Assembly: GCA_951406725.2 (NCBI GenBank)
Contig: OX597822.1
Span: 23,622,001 to 23,686,000 of the forward strand
Direction: 5' to 3'
DNA length: 64,000 nucleotides
Source: Octopus vulgaris
Lineage: Eukaryota
The notes below the pieces were generated by a model. That model ran no database searches. It saw only the letters and a list, made by a program, of their open reading frames with translations, and was not told the origin of the DNA. A program made the translations under genes and the position numbers. Below, piece by piece: positions 51,696 to 64,000 of the stretch. Each line of letters begins with the position of its first letter. The first letter of the stretch is position 1.

Positions 51696-52429
51696 ATATA
51701 TTAGGGGTGAGGGGCTATGTTGGATGTTCAGACTCATTCTTTCGACTCTCATTTTCTGAGCTAGTGGAAAATCGGACATAAACGGCTAGGTGTACACCAA
51801 GCATTTACTGCTTTGAAGTGTCCCACAACTACGTCGCTGGATATCATGTTTCTGCTTGTTGAAACTTGGTCACTAACAGCTCAGGTTTCACATGCATAGA
51901 GGGGGGGGGCAAACTCTTAAATAATTTTCTCCGAGAGTTTACAACACGTCAGCTAACCCCAACCTAATTTAGCTAGCTTATCAATGCAAATATCATTGTC
52001 CAGAGGTTGGCGTACTGCAGCACACATCAGGCTATGGAATCAGAAGAGCTGGATGCTAGACAGGAGCCAATAGTAAGCGAGATCATTTGATAAGTTTCCC
52101 TACCAAAAGTACTGTTTCTTCTAGACACTTTAAATCTATAATACGCAACTGACGATATATCTGCTATATACTATGTATTATGAGTCTCATCAATCAACCA
52201 GCTTTCTAATTACAGCTTATGGGATGCATATAAAATTATATAATTATGTAATTATATAACTATCTCACTGGTCTCGAAGGAATTCCGAAGGCCATGAGTA
52301 TTGCTTCTTTCCTTTTGACCTAGCAAGTAATGAATCAATCAATAAATAAATAACTATGTTGCATAGAAGCATGTAGCTGTTCTATGTTCCTGTAGAGATG
52401 GCTGACCACTATTTATACACAATAAGGAC

Positions 52430-53015
52430 TGTTACTACAGAAACCAACAAGACCTGCTAGAAACAGAAGCCGAAACTCCTTTGAATCACATCTGATAATG
52501 CAATTACTTGTATACAAAATAAAGAGTGATTAATCATAGGCTGTTCGATTACAGTGACCTGACCTTGGAATAGTCAAGAAGGGAGCGTCTACGCTATTCT
52601 ACACCTCCAAGAAACAGAAGCCAAAACTCCCTCGAATCACGAGACTGTCAAAACTGGAAAACCTTTAATCATATGCTGTTCGAATATGGTGACTTGACAT
52701 TAGAAAAGACAACATGAAAGCGTCTGTGTTGTGGCAAGACCTGCTAGAAATAGTAACTAAAACTACTCCGAATTACATTGGATAATATATAATCTAATAA
52801 GAGGCGATTGTCACGACTGGAAGATCTACGATGGTACGCTGCTCGGTTATGGCTGACCTGACCTTGGAAAAGCCAACAAGAAAGCGCCAATGTTGCTAGA
52901 CCTGCTAGAAATAGCAGCTGAAACTACTCTGAATTACATTGGATAATGTAGTCTTATATAGCAAATAAGACGTGATCATAGGTTGCTCGGTTATAGGTGA
53001 CCTGACCTTGGGAGG
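52430..53015. repeat. Degenerate tandem repeat, about 4 units of 110-170 bp
   Basis: Recurring GACCTGCTAGAAA.AG.AG..AAACT.CT and TGACCTGACCTTGG. Confidence 0.7.
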
Positions 53016-53329
53016 GGGTAAACAACTATGGCAATGACTGCAACACGCAGTTAACTGACCACTATTGAAGTATTTTAAATCTCTATCAATCAAACCGACA
53101 ATTGGCCCATGCCCAAATAAGGTAAACACTCGTCTAATCATTAACATCACAACATTTATTCAAGCCCTTTAAACAAACAAATGAAGAGTTGTAGTACTTA
53201 AGTGTGAATGTTCCCACCACCCTCACCGCCACCACAACAACAACGCTAACTAAAATATAGTGACCACCACTTCTGACGCTGTAACCAAGACGACACTGAC
53301 GACCGCTACCACCGCAACCACTGCCACGA

Positions 53330-53462
53330 CGACCACCACCACCGTTAACCGTTGTCACCACCACTACTGTTGCTGCTGCTAGTACCACTCCAACCACAAC
53401 CACCACCACCACCACCACCACCACCACCACCACCACCACCACCACCACCACCACCACCACCT

Positions 53463-53510
<48 letters not shown>

Positions 53511-54260
53511 AAACCACTACTACTGCAGCTGCTGCTGCTGCAAGTACCACTCCAACCACTATCACCACCACATCACCACCACCACCACCACCATCTCCAC
53601 TATCTCTACCACCATCACCACCTTTATTAACACCACCAACATCATCACTTCCACCACCGCCAACACCTTCACCATCGCTATCATTACCACCGCCACCAAC
53701 CACCACCACCACTACTACCACCGCAATCACCACCACCGCCATCGCCAACCCCACCACTAGCAACAGCCATCACCACCAGCATCACCACTATCACCACACA
53801 CAGAGTTCTAAACAACCATCGCCTACACGACCGTTACCACCACCACCACCACCACCAACTATACGACGATGACGACCACCGCCACCACTAATACCTCCAC
53901 AATCACCACCGCCACCACCACCACTACCACTACCAAATCTCGATGACCTGTCTGTCTCCCCTTAATATCATTTCCTATAATCAATGTCTGCCTTTCCTCG
54001 ATGGTCAGTCTCGTCTGACCACCACCACCACCACCACCACCACACAACAACAACAACAACAACAATAACCACCAACAACGCCACCACTGCCACCGCCGCC
54101 GCCACCATATCCTTCAGTCAGTCATTATTGCTAGCCGAGATGCCCAGACTCGACAAACTCCACCTTAACCACTCACCTGACCACAACCACCAACACCACC
54201 ACCACCACCACCCTCCTAAGTCTCACCCCCGCCCTTACCCTTCTCCTCCTAACAGTCATT
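53330..54260. repeat. Compound (ACC)/(ACT)/(AAC) trinucleotide cluster
   Basis: Low-complexity trinucleotide runs. Confidence 0.85.
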
Positions 54261-54519
54261 CGAGAACCATCTAACCTTAATATCTTTCATTGTATCTTTT
54301 ATTCTCTTTCTGTGCATTGAAACAATGAGCTGTGAATATTATAACATCGTTTTATTATCCACTGTCAAGGGCGGCAGCAGCAGCAGCAACAACAACAACA
54401 ACAACAACAACGGCTACAATACACAATCAGGAGAAAAAACAGAAGCACAACAATAGTAACCATTTTCACAAGATAACAACAACTTCAACAATAGCTACAT
54501 TAATATGAATACTTGTGAA

Positions 54520-54920
54520 GGTGGCGAGCTGGCAGAAACGTTAGCACGCTGGGCGAAATGCGTAGCCGTATTTCGTCTGCCGTTACGTTCTGAGTTCAAA
54601 TTCCGCTGAGGTCGACTTTGCCTTTCATCCTTTCAGGGTCGATTAAATAAGTACCAGTTACGCACTGGGGTCGATATAATCGACTTAATCCGTGTGTCTG
54701 TCCTTGTTTGTCCCCTCTATGTTTAGCCCCTTGTGGGCGGCAAGCTGGCAAGAAGCGTTTGCATGCCGGGCAAAATACTTCGCAGTATTTCGTCCGTCTT
54801 TACGTTCTGTGTTCAAATTCCACCCTGGTCGACTTTGCTTTTCATCCTTTGAGCACTGGGATTTATGTAATCGACTTGGTCCCTTCCTTGAACTTGCTGA
54901 CCTGGTGCCAAAACTTCAAA
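54520..54920 (+). mobile_element. Two tandem SINE-A copies
   Basis: Copies at 54520-54737 and 54737-54920. Confidence 0.8.
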
Positions 54921-55014
54921 GCAATATGACCGCCGCCGCTGCCTACACTGCGACTGCCGCCACCGCTGCCACCAGCAACATGTTCAGTTTGGAGGACTTC
55001 CATGGAGTCTTCAC

Positions 55015-55213
55015 AACCAACCAACCAACCAACCAACCAACCAGCCAACCAACCAACCAACTAACCAACCAACCAACCAACCAACTAACCAACCAACCAA
55101 CCAGCCAACCAACCAACCAACCAGCCAACCAACCAGCCAACCAACCAAACCAACAAACCAGCCTACCAACCAACCAACCAACCAACCAACCAGACAACCA
55201 ACCAACCAACCAA
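55015..55213. repeat. (AACC)n tetranucleotide repeat
   Basis: Directly visible. Confidence 0.95.
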
Positions 55214-55848
55214 TTAGGTTCTGCGTGTATTGGAGAGGGATCAGTCTACTCAGGCTGATTATGCTTTAGACAATCTCAAATTATGGTTTAACTTAAATGT
55301 TAACAACAGCAAATGTTTCTATGATACCGAAGCGGACGTGATCCAGATTAAGATAAGGCTGCACCATATTACTGTGTATCCAGATTAAGGCCAACATACT
55401 GACAAGAGAAGAGAACCGTCGGATTATTCGGTGCTAATGGCTAAAGAATCTTCAGAGTCTTCAGACATAGTCGTTTCTATTGTTTTTGCTTTTTGTTGTA
55501 AATTTAGCCTTAGCATCGACCGATCTAAAAGCATTCCAGCGGTGGCCGTCCCGTATTGTTTTCGTTGCTGCTTATCTTGTCTATGGCTGTGTGGCTAAGA
55601 AGCTCGCTTTGTAACAAGGAAGTTTTGGGTTTGTCCCACCGCGTAGCACTATCGACAAGTGTCTTCTACGATGGCTCCAAGCCTACAGATGCTTCGTGAG
55701 TGAATTTGATAGAAGGAAATTATGTGGAGGCCCGTTGTATAATACATACATAAATACATATACATACATGTATGTATGCATGTATATATGTGTGTGTACG
55801 TATGCATATATCTATGAATACATACATACATACATACATATATATATA

Positions 55849-55906
<58 letters not shown>

Positions 55907-55922
55907 TTATATATATATAGAT

Positions 55923-56008
<86 letters not shown>

Positions 56009-56450
56009 GCACATACAGACACACACACACACACATATGTATATATACAGGTCGTCTTCGACTTACGACCACAAATGGTTCTGACTGATTAGTCGGAAGT
56101 CAGCCTATAAACCTACATAGCTTCATTTTATATTTTTACAGTCTTAAGGTGGTTAAAATGAAATTGAGTATTTAGGAAAATGAGTGGTCTACTTCCCTTG
56201 GTTATATATAAAGATCCCTTCCAGGGGCGAATGGATAATTTCCCTTGGTTTTTAAAATAATATATTAGATATATATAAGGATCCCTTCCAGGGGCCTCCT
56301 TTCAACAACCTGAATATGTCATGAGGTTTCCAGACATGAGTTCTGCTCACGTGTCAATCCATAAAACGATGTAGTAGGAGTTAGCTAACACCTTCACAAA
56401 CATACCTACAGACAGAATTTCCCACAAATGTAGTAGATATATATGCATAC

Positions 56451-56557
<107 letters not shown>

Positions 56558-56683
56558 GTCAAATTATATATATATAAACAATTTAACATTAAGCTGAATG
56601 ATTAATCAAAACTTATTTGTATATGTTTATTAAACTGCTAAAAGGAAACGGTTGCTAATAAATTTGATGTTTTAATATTATAC

Positions 56684-56764
<81 letters not shown>

Positions 56765-56788
56765 TGTATGTATGTATGTTTGTATGTA

Positions 56789-56851
<63 letters not shown>

Positions 56852-57274
56852 GTGTGTATGTTTGTGCGTCTGTATATATATATGGAGATGTGATAGGTGA
56901 ATACATATATATTTAACCAGATGATATCCTTTGGCTTACGGCCGTTTCGCAACCTCCTTCACGTAATATTAATTTCAATGTGTCAGAGATTATGTTTATA
57001 TGTTGGCATTAATATGCACGTTTAGCATTATGTAATACAATTGTACATTCACAAATCGATACAAGTAAATAAAGCTACCTTATTAGATCACCGGAACATC
57101 TTAGAAAAATTTCAAGTTGCTTATACAATGATGTTCTCGGGATCTGGTGAGGCTGTTTTTATTTTTATTGATTTGCGATTATACGATTGTATTATATAAC
57201 ATCGAGCATACATATTAATAAATGTATTTCAAAAGTTCCTTTCTTTACGGTAAGAACGCCACCTATCTGTCTAT

Positions 57275-57351
<77 letters not shown>

Positions 57352-57799
57352 ATTGTTTTTACCATGATCTCTTACCAAATGCACACGTAACCTAGACGAT
57401 TCACAGGCATTGTGCACTTTAGTTCTCTCCATTCAATGACTTCAGAATCTACTCGGATGATTATTCCCTTACAGCCATGAACAGGTTGTCATGAATAAAT
57501 AATTTGTACAAGAGAACTTCACAAGCAGCTCAATTACGAAATCGTTAAAATTCTAAACAATATTATATATACAGGCATTGTTTGATCGTCAAAATTTCCT
57601 GTCTGTTGTTTGTTGTATTTATTGTATATAATATTGTTTATAGAAATAAAAACAGTCAAAATACAGTTAAATATTTCGTTATTTCAACATTATTCAATTG
57701 TGTTATTTTACTTAAATCCCTTCTTGATTACATCCCTATGTTTCAATGAAACGAAATATTGCTTATTCCGGGTAATTTAGGCCGACTCTGAATATTTGT

Positions 57800-58026
57800 C
57801 TGAAGGCCGGAACGGTTGCGGGGAAGAGGGGTGCCTGCCTGAGGTGCTCTTGGCGGTCGGGGTGACCAGCATGTGTGGAGTGCTTGGGTTGGCGTTGGGT
57901 GGAACTCCCCGCTATTTTTTTTTTGTTGTTGAAATTCTTTAATTGTCATTGTTATTCATTGTTAGTCATTGTTCAACAACCCACTTGTCCCTTGTATTGT
58001 ATTGTCCCCATGTTTTGTGTCTGGCC
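57800..58026 (+). mobile_element. Probable 3' UTR fragment of a Tx1/L1-like LINE
   Basis: GC-rich segment, T tract, then the tail TATTGTCCCC..GCCCTTATGACCAATAAAGAAAT shared with SINE-A and the ORF1-only elements. Confidence 0.5.
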
Positions 58027-58124
58027 CTTATGACCAATAAAGAAATCATCATCATTTTCATCATCGTCGTCGTCGTCGTCATCATCGTCGTCGTCGTCGT
58101 CATCATCGTCGCCGCCGTCGTCGT

Positions 58125-58187
<63 letters not shown>

Positions 58188-58422
58188 AAAATCAACCAAA
58201 TTCCTATGTACCTGGTAGTTGTGAATGTAATTCTTATTCAATATCTTTCCCCTTCGTTTTATCTCTCTCGTTCTCTTCCTATCTCTCTCTCTCTCTCTCT
58301 CTCTAAACACACATACACACACGTACATATATACATATACAACTACATACTTATCTATGTGTGTGTCTTTTATATACATATATATTTCTATCTACACATA
58401 CACACACACAAAACATATAATG

Positions 58423-58453
<31 letters not shown>

Positions 58454-58464
58454 CAATATATATA

Positions 58465-58521
<57 letters not shown>

Positions 58522-59244
58522 TGTATATATACATGTGTGTGTGTGTGTGTAAGTGGTTTCCTACACGTCGACAACTCTTATTTAGTCGTCGTCTGGCCAC
58601 AACATGGCTGCAGTCCAATGTCCAAAAGCAGTAAAACAATAAAAGACAAAACGAACTATTAAAATCCGAATTTGAATGTAAGTATTGAACAACAAGCCCA
58701 TTGACGTTATATCACCAACAAGAACAATACGGCCCTTTCTCTCGTCATTGGGTCGTCTCCCTCTCTTTTTCTCCTCTCTCTAATTATCAATTGTAATGTC
58801 TGTTATAATAATGCTTCGAAACACTCGACAGTCAATATATTCACCTTTTCTATTATATATAGTTTTAATTCATTCTTTATAGATTAGCTTATTGTCTGCT
58901 ACTGCAATAAAAGCCTAAAAGCTATCTAAATTTCACATTGATTTATTTATAATAAACGACCGTAAAATTATAGAACAGATTCTCGAATATATTCCAATAT
59001 ATATTTTAAATTCCCACTTCATGTTCATTTTTCTTTATATGAGCTGTTAAATGTCTCCAAAAAAATTATGAATGTATAATTCCCCTTTTTTTCATCATCC
59101 CGTAGAGGCTTTTTGAGAGAAACATAAATGAGTATGTTTATCTCCCCTTTGTCTCTGTCTCTGTCTATCTCTCTCTCTCTCTCTTGAACAGCATTAATCA
59201 TTGAGGTGATTATTTTTATCTCCTCGCTACGGGAGAAAATTTAA

Positions 59245-59412
59245 CCCTTTAACTGTGCAATTCAGCTATATCCATTCAAGGTTTCACAACCCATAATTGC
59301 AGCAATAATCTTCCTTTTGCCGAGGAATGTCACGTTTGAAACTATTTCTTGTTGAGATATGTATTGTATCGAAGCAAACGTGGCTTACAGAGAATAGCAG
59401 TTCTATTTTTTG

Positions 59413-59451
<39 letters not shown>

Positions 59452-59580
59452 TTTAAAATTATAATTTAAGGTATGTAATAGATACCCTAAATTATAATTT
59501 TAAATAGTTTTTACCTTTGAAAGGCTTTTTATTCCCATGCTGGCCACCTGATAAAATCGGTATTTAAATATCGATCTTAT

Positions 59581-59655
<75 letters not shown>

Positions 59656-59703
59656 ACATAATTACTGGAATAACCATGAAATTTAAATTTCGCAGTTAAA
59701 GGG
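59245..59703. mobile_element. piggyBac-like MITE with internal insertions
   Basis: TTAA-CCCTTTAACTG ... CAGTTAAAGGG-TTAA. Confidence 0.7.
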
Positions 59704-60631
59704 TTAATTGGTAAATTCATTAAATGTTCAAGTCCTAGAGGTTAGGACACTGGGTTTATGATCAAGGAACTTCACTTTATGCTGCTCCATGCAAAACATT
59801 TGAAAATTAATACCAACCGAGTGATAGTGCAGTCTTTCCTCCCTCCAATTATCAATCACATCCTAGATGATCGGTTGGGTTAAGTGTGGAAGAGTCGAGA
59901 GTGTGTCGATATCTAGTCGAGATTACATCGGCGCCAAAAACATTTAGTGATAACTAAAGGCTATATAAGCTAAGAAAAGACGTCTATGGTTTGGGTTTTC
60001 CTAATCAATAAGACTCCTTAATCCATTAACTGCCAAATATTTTTATTCAAATTTTTTTACTTTGCCAAGTGTCTTAGAAGTTAAAATGATATATAGCATT
60101 TAAATTTTCTTCATATGTGAATTATTTTGGAAATTATGATAAATTTTTCGAGAAGTCCCAAGTGGGGAACACTGAAAAACAGCATTATCTTTTTCTATTC
60201 AATTGCAATAATAAACATTTTAGTTCCTTTGAAACTATAGTATCAAATGCGATTGTGTAGAAATATCAATGAATGGGAAATGCAAAAAAAATAATAATGA
60301 TAATAAATAAATAAAATAACGTTTTCAAAGTAGTCTCTATTTTGGAGTTCAAAAATTGCGATTTATGATATAAAATATCCTCTAGAATTAGCCAGAGCTA
60401 ATAATGACAAACATTAACTACTAAATATTGTTAAACACACCTCTGTAAATGCAATGCACATAAGCAATTCACTTTAAATACAACGAACAACCGGCAGTGA
60501 GACTGTTTTTAGCAGATTCCTAAATGGGACTCATCGCAGGCAATGGGTTAAGGAGTCTTTAATTAACGAGGAAACCAACTTAACTAATTTACTGAAAACT
60601 TGAGAACGATAATGTTTGGACGAAATACATA

Positions 60632-61190
60632 AATATTCAGGACAGCAAGCCACATCTTTCTTTGGTGGGATACTCTCACAGAATGGAGTATTTTGATAAA
60701 ACCTTATCATGGGATTTCGAAATTTGATCAATATGATCTTGTTTCTCGTCAGAGGTTTCCACAATTACTCCAGGTTAAAACAGATAGCATGCTTCCCATT
60801 CTTTCATGAGAAAAAAACTGTTTAAAAGCGAGCACTAAAATTCAAAACGGTTAAAGTATATAGTAGCATACAGTAAAATATAATAATAATATATTAATAT
60901 GTTAAGATATATTCAGTACAATATAATATAGGTGGCTATAGCAATTAAGACCAAAAAATGTAAAATCAATGAATGAGGGTACAAAATAGCACTTACAATT
61001 GCTAGAAATGAGAGTCAAAATTAACTCGAAATGAGAACCAAAATTTAATTGTGGAAAACTCTGACGAGAAATAAGATCATATTTATCAAATTTCGAAATC
61101 ACGTGAAAAAGTTTTATCAAACTACTTCATTCTGTGAGTGTATCTCACCAAAGGAAGATGTGGCTTGCTGCTTGCAGTCCTGAACATTTC
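60632..61190. mobile_element. Inverted pair of hammerhead-bearing pseudo-LTRs
   Basis: Arms 60632-60766 and 61046-61190, spacer about 280 bp. Confidence 0.8.
60699..60758 (-). ncRNA. Type I hammerhead ribozyme motif with a complete core
   Basis: AAACCT-CTGACGA-GAAAC..ATTTC-GAAA-TCCCATGA-TA-AGGTTT; 6-bp stem I, AUA triplet. Confidence 0.75.
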
Positions 61191-61600
61191 ATGAGGTTAG
61201 TGCTTTTGTGTGGCTGTTCGAGTTAAATTTCATGTGGTTAGTGCTTTGTATGGACGTTCGAGTTAAATTTTGGCCCTCATTTCTAACAATTGTAGGTGCT
61301 GCTTGCACCACCATTTATTAATTTTACCTTATTGGTTGTAATTGCTATAGCTACATATATTATAATGTATTTGATATATCTTAATACATTGATATATTAT
61401 TATAATATCTTATTGTATGCTATATATAAATACATGTGGATTGTTGGCATCCTCCCTTTCTCTTCGACTTTCCTCTATCTCCTGTTTCTGAAGAAGAGCT
61501 CTGTTTGAAACGTAAAGCACCCTTTCTTTCCTTCCCTGAGTGTATTTTAATACGTTGCATATACTACGCCCTCACGTTGTTGTTTTTTTGTGTTTTCTTC

Positions 61601-61672
<72 letters not shown>

Positions 61673-61758
61673 ATATATATATATATGGTGGTGCTATTAA
61701 GTTAGACATGGCCTGGGCCAATAATGGCCGAAACCTATCAAAGTATCAAAGTATCAAA

Positions 61759-61796
<38 letters not shown>

Positions 61797-61931
61797 CAAT
61801 TGCAGTATTTTTATAAGCCATTTAAAAACACGCAAAAACCGTTAGATTCACTTCAACATTTAAATTTAATTTGCCAAAATATTTTCGTCGTTTGAGACCG
61901 TGACCTGTTCACTGACAAAATTCCGTGCTGC

Positions 61932-61999
<68 letters not shown>

Positions 62000-62000
<1 letters not shown>

Positions 62001-62380
62001 GTTTTTGCTTATTTCGATGATTGGGATCCGGGAACGATGATTACAGTTTCGAAGAGCTTTTTGTTAAATAAGTTGGTTTCGGTACTTATTTTTAAAGGTT
62101 AGTACTTATTCGATCGGCCTATTTTGCCGATTCGCAACGTTACGGAGACGCAAACAAACCAACGCCGTTTGTCAAGCTGAAGGTGGATGCAAACACAGAC
62201 ACACACACACGTGTATATATACGATGGACTTCCACACACTTACCGTCTACCAAATTCACTCACAAGGAATTGATCGACCTGAAACTATACCAAGAAGACA
62301 CTCGCCCATGGTGCCCCACAATAGGACTGAACTCAAAACCACTTGACTGCCCAGCGAGCTTCTTAACCACTCAACCGTAT
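62000..62380 (-). mobile_element. Old degenerate SINE-B
   Basis: GTTACGGAGACG, CCGTCTACCAAAT, GGACTGAAC retained. Confidence 0.65.
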
Positions 62381-62826
62381 CTATTTTGTTGCATCTGATT
62401 TGTGTTCAAATGTTTTTCTTGACGAGAATATTAGTGAAATGCCAAAGGGCAAAAATGACTTACGAGACCAAAAAGACATTCGTTTCCTCTGTATCCGGTC
62501 AACTTCTTAATTTTGGTTTCATTCACTTCGCAAATATTGCTAATAACCTTGAAACAGACTCATACAACATATTCAGTTTCGTTTTCTATCAGTGATAAAA
62601 GTTAAGAACACACGATTATGGATATACTGTTATAAATTAATGTTTTTTATTCGTATTAAGTAGTTATGTCTGGGACAATGTAGCCAGTAGCCATCATTCA
62701 GGCTAGTGTTTGTCGACTGTCTAAGATTGTTATTTGTCTGTGAGCCCCAATAATATCAACAACAACAATAATAATCATAATAATAATAATGATGATAATG
62801 ATGATGAGATGGTAATAATTATTATG

Positions 62827-62894
<68 letters not shown>

Positions 62895-63274
62895 TGGCAA
62901 TGGCGGTTCGGTAGATATTATGAGGTCGGTATGTTAACTGGATTGGAAAAGGCATTTAAGCATCGTATACTCTAGGTTTATAGCATTTCAAGGGCCTGTC
63001 CTTAATATAAATTCTTGTTGAGGCGTCTTTAACGACATTCAAGAGAATGTAAAGGTGACATTAATGACAATAAACACCAAACATTAAGATTCGCACACAT
63101 TCTTACATATACAAACGCACGTACATGCACACACACATACACGCAAACACAAATACGCACACACAGACGCACACGCGCATGCACACAACAACATACGTAG
63201 ACATATGACTATGTGTATCTATATGCATATATATACACACACGCATTTTATAATTATATATATATATATGTATG

Positions 63275-63372
<98 letters not shown>

Positions 63373-64000
63373 GTATATATATATGTATATATATATATGT
63401 ATGTATATATACATGTGTGTGTGTGTGTGTGTGTGTGTTGTTTATGGATATATATAACTCTTTCTTTGTTGTTTTCATTCCTGTGTGTTGACTGCAACCT
63501 TAGAGCGGTTTAGCTCTTATTTCTAGCAATGTAGGTGTTTCCTAACACCCTCGTCACTTTTAGCGACATTTGTAATTCTCTTTTTTGATGAAACATTACA
63601 AACTGCTGTTTATATTATATATCTCTCTATAAAAAAATTGAAATGCGTTTTTACCGCTTGGATCGCTTTCAAGGCCACTACATCTCGTCCGATTGACTCC
63701 AGAATTTACAGGGACATGTAAAATGAGGTGACGATGTCCGTGGGCAACCTTAGAAATCCCTATCTTAAAAGGTGTCGTTGCTAGGGCCAAAAGCCCACTT
63801 TGACAAGTCCACTCTCGTTCTTTAATGTATCTGTCTTCCTCAACTCACTCTCGCTATTTCCTCTCTTCCCAGCACTTTTTCACTCACTCTATTTCATACA
63901 TTCCCATTACTTTCACTTCCTCAAACGGCCTTCTTTTATGTATCTGTCTGCATTCATAGAGAGAATTACCATCGCCACCACCAACACACAATCATGACAA

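Noticed and set aside
53134-54274. Gly/Val- or Pro/His-rich protein
   Set aside because: A trinucleotide repeat cluster open in several frames; no recognisable domain or supported splice structure.

Overview
AT-rich eukaryotic non-coding DNA made almost entirely of microsatellites and transposable elements. The SINE families and repeat landscape resemble an octopus or other cephalopod genome; this is inferred from recognition, not searched. No host protein-coding gene can be supported, and nearly all listed ORFs are translations of (TA)n, (CA)n, (TATG)n or (AAT)n. Recognisable parts: two dominant tRNA-derived SINEs (here SINE-A and SINE-B) and a third (SINE-C); a decayed hAT (Charlie/Buster-like) transposon; mariner, pogo-like, piggyBac-like and Helitron-like elements; a CR1/L2-type LINE 3' end; and a Penelope-like element (PLE) with a GIY-YIG endonuclease. 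Two systems stand out. (1) A family of Tx1/L1-like retroelements carrying only a gag-like ORF1 and sharing their 3' tail with SINE-A. Three of them sit at the same nucleotide of the tRNA-like head of SINE-B, two with 16-bp target-site duplications (TSDs). (2) A dense set of PLE-type fold-back insertions carrying minimal hammerhead ribozyme (HHR) motifs. These include a tRNA-headed SINE with a hammerhead-bearing PLE tail and a possible permuted hammerhead.
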